NCBI GenBank assembly: GCA_030704615.1
Contig: CM060734.1
Span: forward strand, 42,036,001 to 42,100,000
Direction: 5' to 3'
From: Takakia lepidozioides
Lineage: Eukaryota; Plantae; Bryophyta
Length of the DNA: 64,000 nucleotides
Each line of letters opens with the position of its first letter. Position 1 is the stretch's first letter. The position numbers and the translations under genes are program-made. Below the pieces are notes generated by a model. It searched no databases, was not told the origin of the DNA, and saw nothing but the letters and a program-made list of their open reading frames with translations. Positions 48,138 through 60,200 of the stretch are shown here, one piece after another.

Positions 48138-48995
48138 CTATCCCAAGCAGTGTGGACATAACCAATCTCCATCAAGAACCCTCTCAAGAGGTGGTGTCAA
48201 GCATCCTATGTGCCAACCTCTTGAGCATCGATCACACACCAGCATAGTGGCGGCACCACGAGCATGCCCACATAGCATGCAACGCAACCCTGCAGGTACC
48301 ACTGCAAGGTTGGGATCTATCATCCCATCCACATGTGGAAGGTGACATGGCGCACAATTACGCATATGGTCCTTCCATACCATGCCATCTCGACCCTCTA
48401 GAATCAACACTCCTGAAGGCAACACCTCCCTGACCCTTAGAATCACACGTCCTGCTGTGACATCCAAGGTCGTAGGCGTTGTCTGCTGCAGATACATATA
48501 GTCCCCAGGGTGTAAACGCCGAACACCTGGCCAATATTCCCCTCCACGTATAGTGGCATACCTCAATGTGTCTCGGTGTTGGGCAATAGCAAGATTCTCA
48601 AAAGCCATAGGCATGACTCTCTTGAACAACTCTGCCCGCTGGGCACATGCTTGTGTCCACACATTCGGATCATCAAGGTTGAGGACTACTGCAGCCTCTT
48701 TGCGAATAGATGCAGGCAAATCCGGCTCTCGGCCAAAGAGAAGGAAATATGGTGAGAAGGAGGCAAGTGATGCTTGTTTGCTGAACCTGTAGCCCATGGC
48801 TAACCAAGGTATATGAAGATCCCAATCTCCTAGGTGTCCATTTTGCAAGCCATACTTACGCAAACCCCTCTTCACTGTCTGAACCACTCTCTCTGCCAAG
48901 CCATCGGCCTCAGGATGATCTTGAGAAGTGGTACAGTGGTCTATCAAGGCTTTATCACACAAAGCCTGAAACTCCCCCAAAAACTCTCTCCTTTG
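48138..48995 (-). mobile_element. Ty3/Gypsy integrase C-terminal half with PHD finger
   Basis: HPEADGLAERVVQTVK, SPYFLLFGREP and PHD CMLC...LVCDRCSRGWHIGCLTPPL...WLCPHC. Confidence 0.88.
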
Positions 48996-51900
48996 TCCAA
49001 CCATGGTGGTAAAGTGTGGTCTGGAGGCCGGCCTTGGTAGGTACCGGTGTTAATGAGTGAGAACCACCTGGTTTCAAAACGACTTAGAAATAGTTTATGG
49101 AGGTGCCAAACTGCGTGATTGTGGCGAGTGATATGAAGGCCGTGAATGATCGGATGGGTACATTGACTGAGGAGGTGAGGCCAGGTGTCACATTCGTGGT
49201 GGGTATTTGAGCATAGGGGGCAGTATGGGGATGGGAAGAGATGCGGCCAAAAGATGTGTTTACGCTGGTGGCCCATGTATTGGGCATACCTGAATTTGAG
49301 TGTTTGTCGAATTTGTGCATCAGTAGTGGCTTTGGTGTGCCCAAAATAGTTTGATAGCTTGTGATGGAGCACTGTGGACTGAGTCCATTTCTGGATGTGT
49401 ACTTTGGTGTGGCTAATAGATGCTGCAGCTTGTTTGTTAGCTTCGCGGGTGAGGGTTTTCCGGAGGTTGCGGATAGGTCGGGGTGCAGGGGGGTCTGGGA
49501 CAGGGTGTATGAGCCAGAAAGGGTGGGTATGAACAATGTGAATAGGGTCATCTGTGGGTACCACTGGGGGTTTAGAGGCACCTGTTTGAGCAAGCAAGTC
49601 TGCTTTCCTCATTACCTTGTATGCCAGTGTGTGAGCGAACCTTGAGAAGATGGACGGGGTGTCCTTTGGAAATAGCGAGGTAGACAATGGCTGTAATGAG
49701 GTCGCGGTCTGGGTGATGGTGGTGGGAGGAGTGGCAGGAAATGTGGTTCCGGATGAGAAAAAGTGAGGTAAGGCTGTCTGTAAAGATATAGTATGGGGGG
49801 GGGGGGGGGGGGGGGGGGGGGAAGACATCTAGTAGGGAAAGTGCTTCAAATATGGCCATGAGTTCAGCACGCAATATAGTGGCAGGACCAGGAAGTCTAA
49901 GGGCAGTGCCTCGGTTGGTGGCGGCGTGGTATACGCCATAACCGGCATTAGGTTTGGTAAGAGAGCCGTCAGTATAGTGGGAGTTAGATGGGGGGTATCT
50001 GAGAGGGATGTTTTGTCGGTATATGGAGGGCATAGGAGGTGTGGGTACTAGCGGGGTGACCTGGGGAGGGCGAGGCCTCGCCTTTACCCAAGCTTTGTTT
50101 GGTTTGATGATGGGAGATGGGATTAATGTATCGTTACAAGAAGAGGTGGGTGAGCGGTGAACATTTGGGTGGTGGGTGAAAGCCTTCATTTTGTGCGTTC
50201 AGGTTAGTAGGTGGTCCAGTTGGCTCAAGAAGGAAATTGGTATATTGGCGGGGGAGGAGTGTTGGACATGTAGGATGAAGGTGAGAGTTGGTTCCTTGTG
50301 GCGGAGGTATTTGGGGAGGGGCGGGGTATGCACGTATTTAAGCTGGTTTGGTTCGATTGTGGCTAATAGGTTGACCCCTGCGGGGAGTCGTAGAAGAGGG
50401 TGAGAGTCGTTAGGTGATTGTTGTTGTGTGAGTGTGAGAACTGTGACAACATGAGGAGATGATTGTGCGGCAAGGCGGGCCCAATTGGAGAGCTTCATGC
50501 AAGGGGGTACCATGGGGAGGGTGGGCAAGGCTCTTGCCTGCCCAGGTGTGCTGAGTGGCAGTACCCCTGGCGCCGAAGATGCAATCCATGTGGTGTGGGC
50601 TGGCAAATGAATGTAGTTCCATAGGGCATGTGAGCGGGCTAGAGTAATAGGAGTGGGTAAGTTGGAAGGAGTTGATGAGCAGTGTGAGGATGTCCTGGGG
50701 TATAGTGGTATGGGCGTAAGCCGTGGCCAGTTTGTTAAGGGTACGCGGTTTTTTTGGGGGGGATATCTTTATGGTTATAATTCGGTGGCAAAGTCTTGTT
50801 TGGGGGGTTGTAGAGTTTGTGGGTTTGTGGGTTCAGTGGAGTATTTATTCCATAGCCAAGCTATCATGTCATTAGGGATAAAACCAATAAAGCGGCCATA
50901 TCGGGCGTAGATAGTGGAGCGTCGAGGGCCGATATGGATCATTGGGGGATTGTGGTTGATGTCTTTATCAAGGTTGCATTCTGTCGTGTAGACGCGGACG
51001 TTGGGGGCGACTATTGGCTCATGTATATATCGGTTGTCTACAGGTTGGGCGGGGGAGGCATGTTGGTGATGGATATGAGTTAGGTAGTTCGTGTTGGTGC
51101 GTTTATGAAAGGCGGTAAGGAGGTTAAGATTGTGTTCAGGGTCGCAGTCGTCGTGTGGGCCAAAGAGGTCATCCTCAATTTGCCATGTGTTGTGGTCTAA
51201 TGGATAGCCAGCCCATTTGCAGTAATAAAATGTATCGACACAGGTGGCTCCGAATGAGTCTAATGACATTTGGGTTTTAATACTGTGAATAGCTTCAATG
51301 ATTGGGGTTATCAAGGTTATGTGGAGGGGTTGGGGGTGGCGTGAGCAGGGTTGAGTGTAGAAGGGTAGGGATAGCTGACAAGTCGTTAGAGAAGGTTGGG
51401 GGAGGTTGGGGCCAGCCTTGTCCAAGTGTGGCATTTTGAGTAAAGGGTAAGGAGGAAGATGAGTTGGGGTCGGTGGATGCAGAGTTATTACTGTTGTATG
51501 ACGCTTTGAGCTTCTGTCCAGAATGGAGGCAACTGGGGTGGATCTGTATTGGGGTAGCAAGTCTTGTGGGGTATGGGGAAAGTGCGGGCAAGGAATCTCA
51601 CAATCAAGGGTACAAGATGCGGAGGGGTGGCAAAATAGGGTACGGAGATGGTGTAAGTATCGGCTGGTTTTGGCCGTAGCTCTGGAGTGCTTAAGGGTAA
51701 ATTTGGCTGGTTTTAGGAATCGATGCCCTGTGGTGGTGGTGAGTTGGGTGAGGGTGGTGATATGTTGTTCTTTAAAATAGGTAAGGATGGGTATTTTTTG
51801 TTTAGGATGAGAGGTGTCGAACTGGGAGAGAAAGGGGCTTGTAATCCATGCGAGTTCTAGTGGGGACGAGGTATTAGGATTATCTAGCAGGTCGGTTTGT

Positions 51901-52763
51901 ATACTAATTTTCATTTGTCGCAAAATGAGCAGTGTATGTAGGGGAATGTAGGCAGGCCTGGGAGTGTAGTGATGGGAGAGAGTAGATGCCATTGTATTTT
52001 AGAGCAAGAAATTTGAGGAATCCTTGGTAGATTAGGCCTAAGCATCCAGGGTCATTGAGGGCCTCTGTTAATTGTGTGCCTAAGGTGCGGGCGTTTGAGA
52101 TGATTAGGGGGCTTGAGCCAATCCCGTAACTGTTGGTTGGGAGTTGGGTGAGGGCATTGGGGGTGCTGACAGGCAGGCCACATACACGCTTTGTGAGTTG
52201 GATAATGCTCTTATCAAGTTTTTAAATGTCGGGGAGGGAGAAGGGGGCAGCATGGAAAGAATATTGGACTTGGGTTTGGAGTACTGATTGTATGATTGAT
52301 AGTTTGGGTCGAATGGCGATGGGGGATTTGAGGAGAGCGAGACTTTTATTGGCTAATTTTGATGAGGTGGAATCCTTTTGGACGTGCCAGGTGAGGGATG
52401 GGACCAGTTGAATGCCTAGTAGGTGTATGGTTCATCAGGCCCTAGGAAGGGGAAGGGTTTGTTCTGGTAATGCACATAAAGTTTGCAGTGGGAAGCGACA
52501 GCAGTTTTGGTGAGTCGGCTATGGTGGGTTGCCGTGGTGATAGCACATTTGTGGAGGCTAAGTTCCATGCCGGACCATTGGTTGAAACGGTATAGTTTGG
52601 TGACTTGTCGATTTAGGTGTTGCGGTTTGTGCGCAAGGATGGCGAGGTCATCGGCATATGCTGCAGCAAAGATTTCACTGGAGGAGGTTTTGTATTGATA
52701 CCCGAGCTTGCCACGAGCTATCCATCTGAGTAGGGGTTCAAGAAAGATAATGAATAGGTAGGG
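48996..52763 (-). mobile_element. LINE piece 3 (RandI/Dualen-like): RT YADD, chromodomain-like segment, RNase H, CCHC knuckle, RHN motif
   Basis: PYLFIIFLEPLL...AYADDL; YYCKWAGY...NTW; YTDGS...RAELMAI...IFTDS...KVRSHTGIQGNE; CPLC..H...C...RHNHAV...LPPWL. Confidence 0.85.
49795..49821. repeat. Poly-G tract (27 nt) at an RNase H frameshift
   Basis: G run across 49795-49821; the RNase H motifs switch frame near it. Confidence 0.9.
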
Positions 52764-53779
52764 GCAATGCGCAGTGGTTCATGGAGTCGTTGAGTCGACT
52801 ACATATTCACTTTAATGAATAAATATCTTTATTCCATTAATTGAATTATGAACCCTAATTTCTAGTCGCATGTGCAGTAATTAGAACCACTTGTAATTTC
52901 TGCTTTTTCAAATTTTATGTATTTACGTAATTAATTAAATAGCCTGGATTTTTGCTACGACTCCGGAGTCGTTGACTCCACTTCTGCCCGCCGTCTGAAA
53001 TGCCCCCGTGGGCCCACATTGTCCGTTTCAACTCTCCAGTAGTCCCGCTTAATGCCAAGTGGTTCCCGGATTGGTTGGCGGACACCCAGTCGATTTGGAA
53101 AAGACACGAATGCTTCTAGTGTTGTGAAGTGCAAGTCCAGAATTTCGAGGACTACTGTTGGCTCCCTTGCACCTACATTAATTTACTAGTTTCTTTTGAC
53201 CATATAGTGGAATAAAAGCCAAGATTCACAAATTTTGGTTTTCTCCCATTAACATTAAACATGAAGTACGCAAGACACTATTCAAGAATCAGTGTTGGAT
53301 CATCACCACCACCGCCCACATGGCCAGTGAAGTTTGATACCAACCTTACTTCCACAGAGGTGGAATATCTAGAGGAAGCTTCGGGATTGATGGTGTTGAC
53401 ACCAGCGTTTTGAAATTGTGTTCTAGTCATTTCAAATTTGCCTTCAGTCTCACACAAAAGATACACACATAGCTTTCTAATTGATGGCATTGACACCATC
53501 AAGATCAGAGTCCGTTCAGATCAGCATGCTTTCCATGTCTATGTTTTTCTGACACCCTCATGTGAATTTTTCAATTTTTGTCAACTTTGGTTTCCACGTT
53601 TTCTCCATATGTGTCTATATCATCTCACGCCTATAGGGCCTTCTGTGATTGTCATGTCCACGGTAATAGGGCCCTCTGACATAGAACTACCAAACCGGAC
53701 GACGGATTATTATTACCCATACCACTAAATCAGGCGGCTCACGCGAGCAAGCTCATGCTGTAGCGTCGCTGGGATTAAT

Positions 53780-56010
53780 GAAACCTTGGACCGATTGAAG
53801 ATCTTTTCGTCAATTTAGCTACTGGGTTCTGGCAGATTCCACTAACTGATGCTGCAAAGGAAAAGATTGCGTTCACATGCCGAATGGGCATGTTTCAACT
53901 TGAAACTATGCCCTTTGACTTCTGCAATCCAACAACTATCTTTCAGTGTCTCATGGATATAGTCCCTTGTAATTTACGCTGAAATGTCCCTTAGTCTATG
54001 TGGATGACATCAATGTTTATTCCTCATCCTTTGACTCTCACATGCTGGATTTGCAAAGCGTCTTCCGCAGGCTACGTACGAGGAGCTTAAATTCTTAGGA
54101 CACATGTTGCCGACCCTGATAAAATCAAGGTCGTCTGGAGTATCCAATTCACAAGGACAAACATTGCATCCGTGCATTCTTGGGCCTTGCTTCATACTAT
54201 CGTAGGTTCATATTGCAATTTGCTAAGACTGCTACAGCTCTGACCAGGTTGTTTGTCTAAGGATGCTAGGTTCATATGGGGGCCTAAGAAAAATGTTTCT
54301 CTTGAGAGGCTGCAAATCTGCCAGTTTTAATTTATCCTGGTTTTCTGCAGTCGTTATTGCTTCAGACAGAATCTGCTAATTTGGCTGTTTCTGCCAGCTT
54401 GAGTCAAAAAATTGAGGGTAAAAAGCAAGTGGAAGCCTATGCATCGAGGCGATTAGACGACAAACATGAGAGAAATTACAGCATCATAGACAAGTCCAGG
54501 GTCTTACAGTTATTTTTGGAGTCAAGCATGTTAGGCAATATTTACATGGTTGCCATTTTGATGTTGAGATAGATCACTTGCCCTTGAAGGCTTTGGAGAG
54601 ATGGGCATTAACCCTCCAGATGCTTGATTATGATATCAAGTATAAGAAAGACAAGGAAAACATCAGTGCTGATGCCATGTCCAGGGGACTCGAAACCAAA
54701 GTGCCCAAACTTTATACTACCTTAGAGGATTTGGTGAAGATTGATGCAATTACTTCTTTGCCACGACCTGAGTTTGAAAAGCTACTGTTCGTAGACTTTT
54801 TTGATGTATGACAGCCCTTATAGACTTGATGTCTGAGTGGGATCTATTGTCATTTGCCGAGGGTTAGGCGATTGTGAGGTGTTGAGCTGAATGGTAGCTG
54901 TTTTGTGAGGATCTCTGGCACAAAGGGAGATTGTCAATGCCCGGTGTGCAGGCGGCCTAAAGACAATATCCATTTTCTGTTACAATGTCCGAGGATGCAC
55001 AAGGAGTGTTCAACACCATGTCTCAACGAAATGTGGTCTCATGGAATGTGATGATTGGAGGATATACTTAGAATCAGTGTGGTTCAGAGGCTTCAAGATC
55101 TACGAGCAAATGGTACAGGAAGAGGTGGAGCACCCTCAAAGCATGTGGCAACCCAGCAGCTCTGGAACAGGGCAAGCATTTCCATGCGAGCATCATCAAG
55201 GCTGGATTTGAGTCAGATCTCCTTATGGGCACTGCCCTTTCCACTTTTATCCTTTAATTGGATTTTTGGATGGACACATGCTGTTGTGGGACTCTGTCTA
55301 AGAAACTGAGTGGATATTGAGGAGGACTGTCTATATCCTCATCAGGCAACACCAGCTACATGGGTCAGGATTAAAATGCAGGAGGATAACCGAGGGGGAC
55401 ACTACTACCTTGCTATGGGTGTGGCCGTGAGTAATGCAGGCATGGATAGTCATCTACACGAGGCTCTCATCCACAAGTGTGAGACTGGCACTCACTTAGG
55501 TGGCATCACCCCTGAAGACTATGAGACATGTAAACTATCATTTACCCTATCACAAGATCAATGAAGAAAAATTGCTTAACGTCAATTTGGTGGCAGGTCA
55601 AAAACATGCTGTGGAAGTTTCTAACTAGACCTCTATCCCTGCACTTTCGGAGCTCTTTCACTAGTCATTTTCTGCTGGTCATCTTGGGGTTACCAAGACA
55701 ATGAAGCGCCTGTAGGAAAAGTACTACTGGAAGGGCATGATAAAGGATGTATCTTTCTTCATCTCCAAATGTGTACCATGCAAGTAAAAAAAAGACCACC
55801 TAGAATTGTGCTTCATTACCTTGCAATCAATCCCTGTGACTGAACAATGTGCTAGGGTTGGTTTAGATCTTGTTGGCCCTCTCAAACCCACGTCCAAGGG
55901 ACATGCCTACATCGCTTTGCCCACTGATTACATGTCGAATTGGGTTAAGATACGACCTTTGGTTGTTAAGGATAGTTATGAGGTGGTACAATGTCTTTTA
56001 TGGCTATCTT
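53780..56010 (+). mobile_element. Highly degenerate Ty3/Gypsy pol (RT, RNase H, integrase), interrupted by a PPR fragment at ~54980-55230
   Basis: LATGFWQIPL...FTC..G.F....MPF; VYVDDI; AYASRRL; ERWAL.LQ..DYDIKYK...N..ADAMSR; HLGVTKT...YYWKGM..DV; VGLDLVGPL. Confidence 0.8.
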
Positions 56011-57204
56011 AGAGATGGGGCTTTGGTGACATGGCGAGTTGGTGGGTTGGAGCCGGGGATTGCATGGCACCTTGCCAAACTAGATTAGGATTAGGTTTTC
56101 TATGAAAACCTTGGGCTCCGGGTTGGATTATTTTTGGTGTTCATGACTAGTGTACTATGTGGATGAAAATGTGAGTGTGACTTGGAGCGCAAGTTGGGGG
56201 TTTGGGTTTGATGTCCTTACAAGGCAGATTCTCCCCTTAACTAATATATCCCGACTATTTTAGGGTTCAGCGGAGAGGAAGTGGCATAATCCACTGGACG
56301 AGAATCAACCTTCACAGGCCTCCCTTCTTTATTTGAAACAAAATAAAATAAATAGGTGCATTAACAACTCGACCTAACTCCCTTCTTCACAAATCCTGAT
56401 CATGGGTGCCAACATGGGTGCAAACCTCTCTCCAACCTCACTCGTCAGGCCATCCTAATCTTCTGATTTTGTTCAAGGAATGCACACCTTAGGGACAACT
56501 GTCAGTACATGGGTCAACCTTTCCACACTCTATGTACAGGTTGAGAACACCTTACAGATTTCAAAAGGTGCCAGAAGACTGTCAACGGTATTAAGATTGA
56601 GGGCAATTCCGGATGGGAAACAGGCTGTCCTCAGTTAATGCATGAAAAGACCAGGTTCCAAAAGGAGGATTCTAGCAGATTAGAATCATAAAGTACACAT
56701 TCATAAACACCAGCACTCAACAGAAGTAATGCACGAAGTACTCCTTGATGGCATATCGACTATCAACCCCTATGTTCCTTAACTCACAGTGGTACTTTGA
56801 AGGGTACACCTGATATTACCCTCCACTGAGCCCCGCATAAATTGGGTCTAAATGTCTAAATTCTAACACTAGTTACAGGACGAAGGTTTAGGGCCCTGCA
56901 CTTATATTGGCTACTGGAGTTTCATAGAGACCACATACTAAATAGGCTAAGAGTCACCAAGCCAAACCTGGGACGACACCAAGTCCCACCGTCCCTATTA
57001 GCTACCCGAAGTTCTTCCCTTTTATCCAACCCATTTCGAAAGTGGTACAATATCTCCTACCTTTTGTAAGGCAGGACAATTGTGACCATGTATGGCAGCT
57101 AGTGAGACAAGAATTTTCAAATACTGCCCTTCAGAGCATATGCTACAAGAGAGGGAGGTAAGTAAAAAGTGGATGTAAAAAGGTGATACAAAGAAATGCT
57201 GCCA

Positions 57205-60200
57205 TTAAGAAGAGATTGGTTCATAGGGGTAGGAGAGCCAGGGGTGTTTGAGGGCCTCATTAGCAGTGGGTCGAGTGATGGGGTTTATTTGCAGAAGGTA
57301 GCCCACAAATTCAATAAAACCTTGGTCACCCATGGGCAGGCGATGAGCCAGGGATGTCTTCTTTGGCAGCAAGTACTCCAACTGGTCCGTATCCTGACAC
57401 AAACTCGGACAAGAATACAGAGATGGTGCTTCAACATACGGGGATTTAAATAGCTGTGATCTTAAAGCTGTGACTTACAAGGAAAGCGAAATGAATGACT
57501 CGGGGTGCATGTTAACCCGACTGGTCACCCCTGAGAGTGAGTCTGACATCACGTATATGGTTATGATGTCGTCTCTTTTGATCCACGTCCTGCACCTCCA
57601 ACTTATCCTTCACTTCTACCGAAGAAACCTTGACTCCAAGTTGACCACATATCTACTGGAACCAGAAACAGTTTCTCAGCAGGTGCACTCAAGTCAGGTT
57701 GGTGCGGTATTCCAGCTCGATTCACTGCATATCCTACCTCCACCTCATGTCGAATCAACTGCTGAGAAACTACAACATTCATTTCAACACAGCTCCTCTA
57801 ATTTTCTAGCTTAAACAGACGTAGCTTGTGGGTGTCCTTTTATTCATGGGGTAAACAATACCTGATTCCGCTCATAAAGCATGTGATTTTTGGTGAAGAA
57901 TTTGTGAGTGTCACGTCCTTTAGACAGAAGCTCTGGGTCAATAGGTCCAAGAATGCCCACCACTCGTGCCAGTAGTGTGGCCAATGAATCGTTTTGGAAC
58001 AGCACCTGTGGCAACCACTCTCAATAGTGTTACTTACTCTGATTCGATTCTTCTCCCATGCAAATTACCAACAGGTTACCAGTCAACACACATTTTAGGT
58101 TATGCATGGCACAAAGATGACCTCTAACTTAGCATACTGCACAAATCGAAATGAAGACAACTTAGGATCCTGAGTCCCAAATTGCAATGATGAATTGCAA
58201 CACCATCTGATAGTCTCGATAAGACAGAAACGGTAATAGAAAGGACTCTCACATTGCCAGAACAAAGCTCCGCCAAGATACAACCAAGGGACCACATGTC
58301 AATCTTCTGGTCATAGGGAAGACCCAAAATAACTTCAGGTGCGCGATATGACCGCGACTGCACATAAGAGCAGAGATGGTCGGTCTGGAAGCAACTACTG
58401 CCCAAGTCGATCACTTTCACTTCACAGCGACTGTAGCTCTTCACCAGAATGTTCTCAGGCTTCAAGTCGCAATGAATCAATCCCAGGCCGTGGATGAAGT
58501 CCAACGCCTCCAGGCACTGTCGGGTTATCGACTGCCCCCCATCAAAACCCAGTACGGTTGTAGTCACACATTAGAGTCCAAGCCTTTCTACTGGGGACTG
58601 TGAAATGATATGACATAAAGCAAAGCGCACAGCATTGAGAGAGAAACAAGAACAGAAGAGAAAAACTTATAACTTCCACAGGAGCCCTCGGCAGCCATGG
58701 GACATAAAAGTAGAGAAAGAGGGAAACTTTATAACTTGGCAGTGAGCTTCATGAGCAGTCCCCTGCCTCCATACATACAGTGCCAGAAATGATACAAGGA
58801 GCCCACGAGGGATCTGGCCAACTTCCGCAGAGAGTTAGGAAGGTATGATGCTGTGATAATCCCTGACGACTATGGAAGTGTCTCTGTAGAAATGACAATT
58901 GTGTAGTTACTGCCATTCTGGTCTCCATCTTCGTTGCACATAGAACTTTCTGAGATCCTCAGGGATCAGCCGGTTCTTGTCTTGCTTTGTGACGATAACA
59001 TCTGGTGGTGGATCAAAAGGAAGGAGAGAATGTACTATAAGAAGTTGTTGGCCGTAACCTTGTGGCTATAAGCAAATTAATGTATTGATTTGGAGATGCG
59101 GGGATCAAAACGAAGGAGAGAGATAGGGAGAGAAACTACATCCCGAGAAATGAAACAAATAATTCAAACGTCCACAAAGAATGTACTCATAAGACATTGT
59201 TTGCCATAGCCTTGTGGCCATGGACCCCAGACCCAGTTTGGGCAGAACAAGAGAACAATGAGATAGAGAGCTGGAGTTCAACCTGAAGACGGGGCATCGT
59301 GAAGTAGACCTCCCCGCCAGACTCACGGTTGTATTTGTGGAATTCATACAGATTTGCACGCAGAAGCTCACACACAATGAACAAATGCTCCTGCAAAGGC
59401 CTGTAACGATCAGTCTGATCTGACCATTTGCATTGAACCCATCCCTTAGCCAGGACGGCACTCAGAGTAGATCCCGTTGGCGATGTTTTCTTACCACACT
59501 TACTCTGTATATATCTTTCTACCTTTCAGCCAAGAACACATGAAAGAATGGTGAAAGTGAAGGGGCCATACACGGTGATAGAAGTAGTCGTAGAGACGCA
59601 AAACATGGTGCTTATCACCAGGGTCATGCTTATTGATAAACTTGAGAAGCTTAACCTCATCAAGACTCTGGTCAAAGAAGTCCTTGTTGTTCTTAATGAT
59701 CTTCATACATACATCCACTCCTGTATGGAGGTCATGCGCCTGTATGGCTTTGCTGAAGGCAGCAGATCCCAAGTACTCTGTCACATGGTAACGCCCGGCT
59801 ATGACTGCATTTATCACCACCGGAAAATCCTTATCTTCTTCAAATCCAGTCCTGTGGAGACCAGCATACATAATTAGTTGTCTGACTTCTTTCTCCTAAC
59901 TCCACCCATAAAGGTCGACAATGAGCAGGAGAGAGGGAGAGAGTGTCTTCCATCCCAGGTGTTTCCCCCTTGTCCTCATCAAAATTAATAGAAGAACCAA
60001 GATGAAAAATGAAGTGAAACAGGGAGGAGAAGAAGGCAGAAAAACAAAAAGAATTTAAGGTCTATCGGAAGGACACAGTTGCACTGTGAGAGAAAGAAAC
60101 AAAGGAAGAAATGCATCCGTGGGAGGCCGGAAGAACCTAAGGCAAGGGGAGAGAATGTACTCATACGACGTTGTTTGCCATAGCCTTGTGGCATGGGGAC

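Noticed and set aside
48944-49828. ORF as a genuine LINE-integrase fusion protein
   Set aside because: It is a junction between truncated LINE and Gypsy fragments, and its poly-Pro start comes from the poly-G tract.
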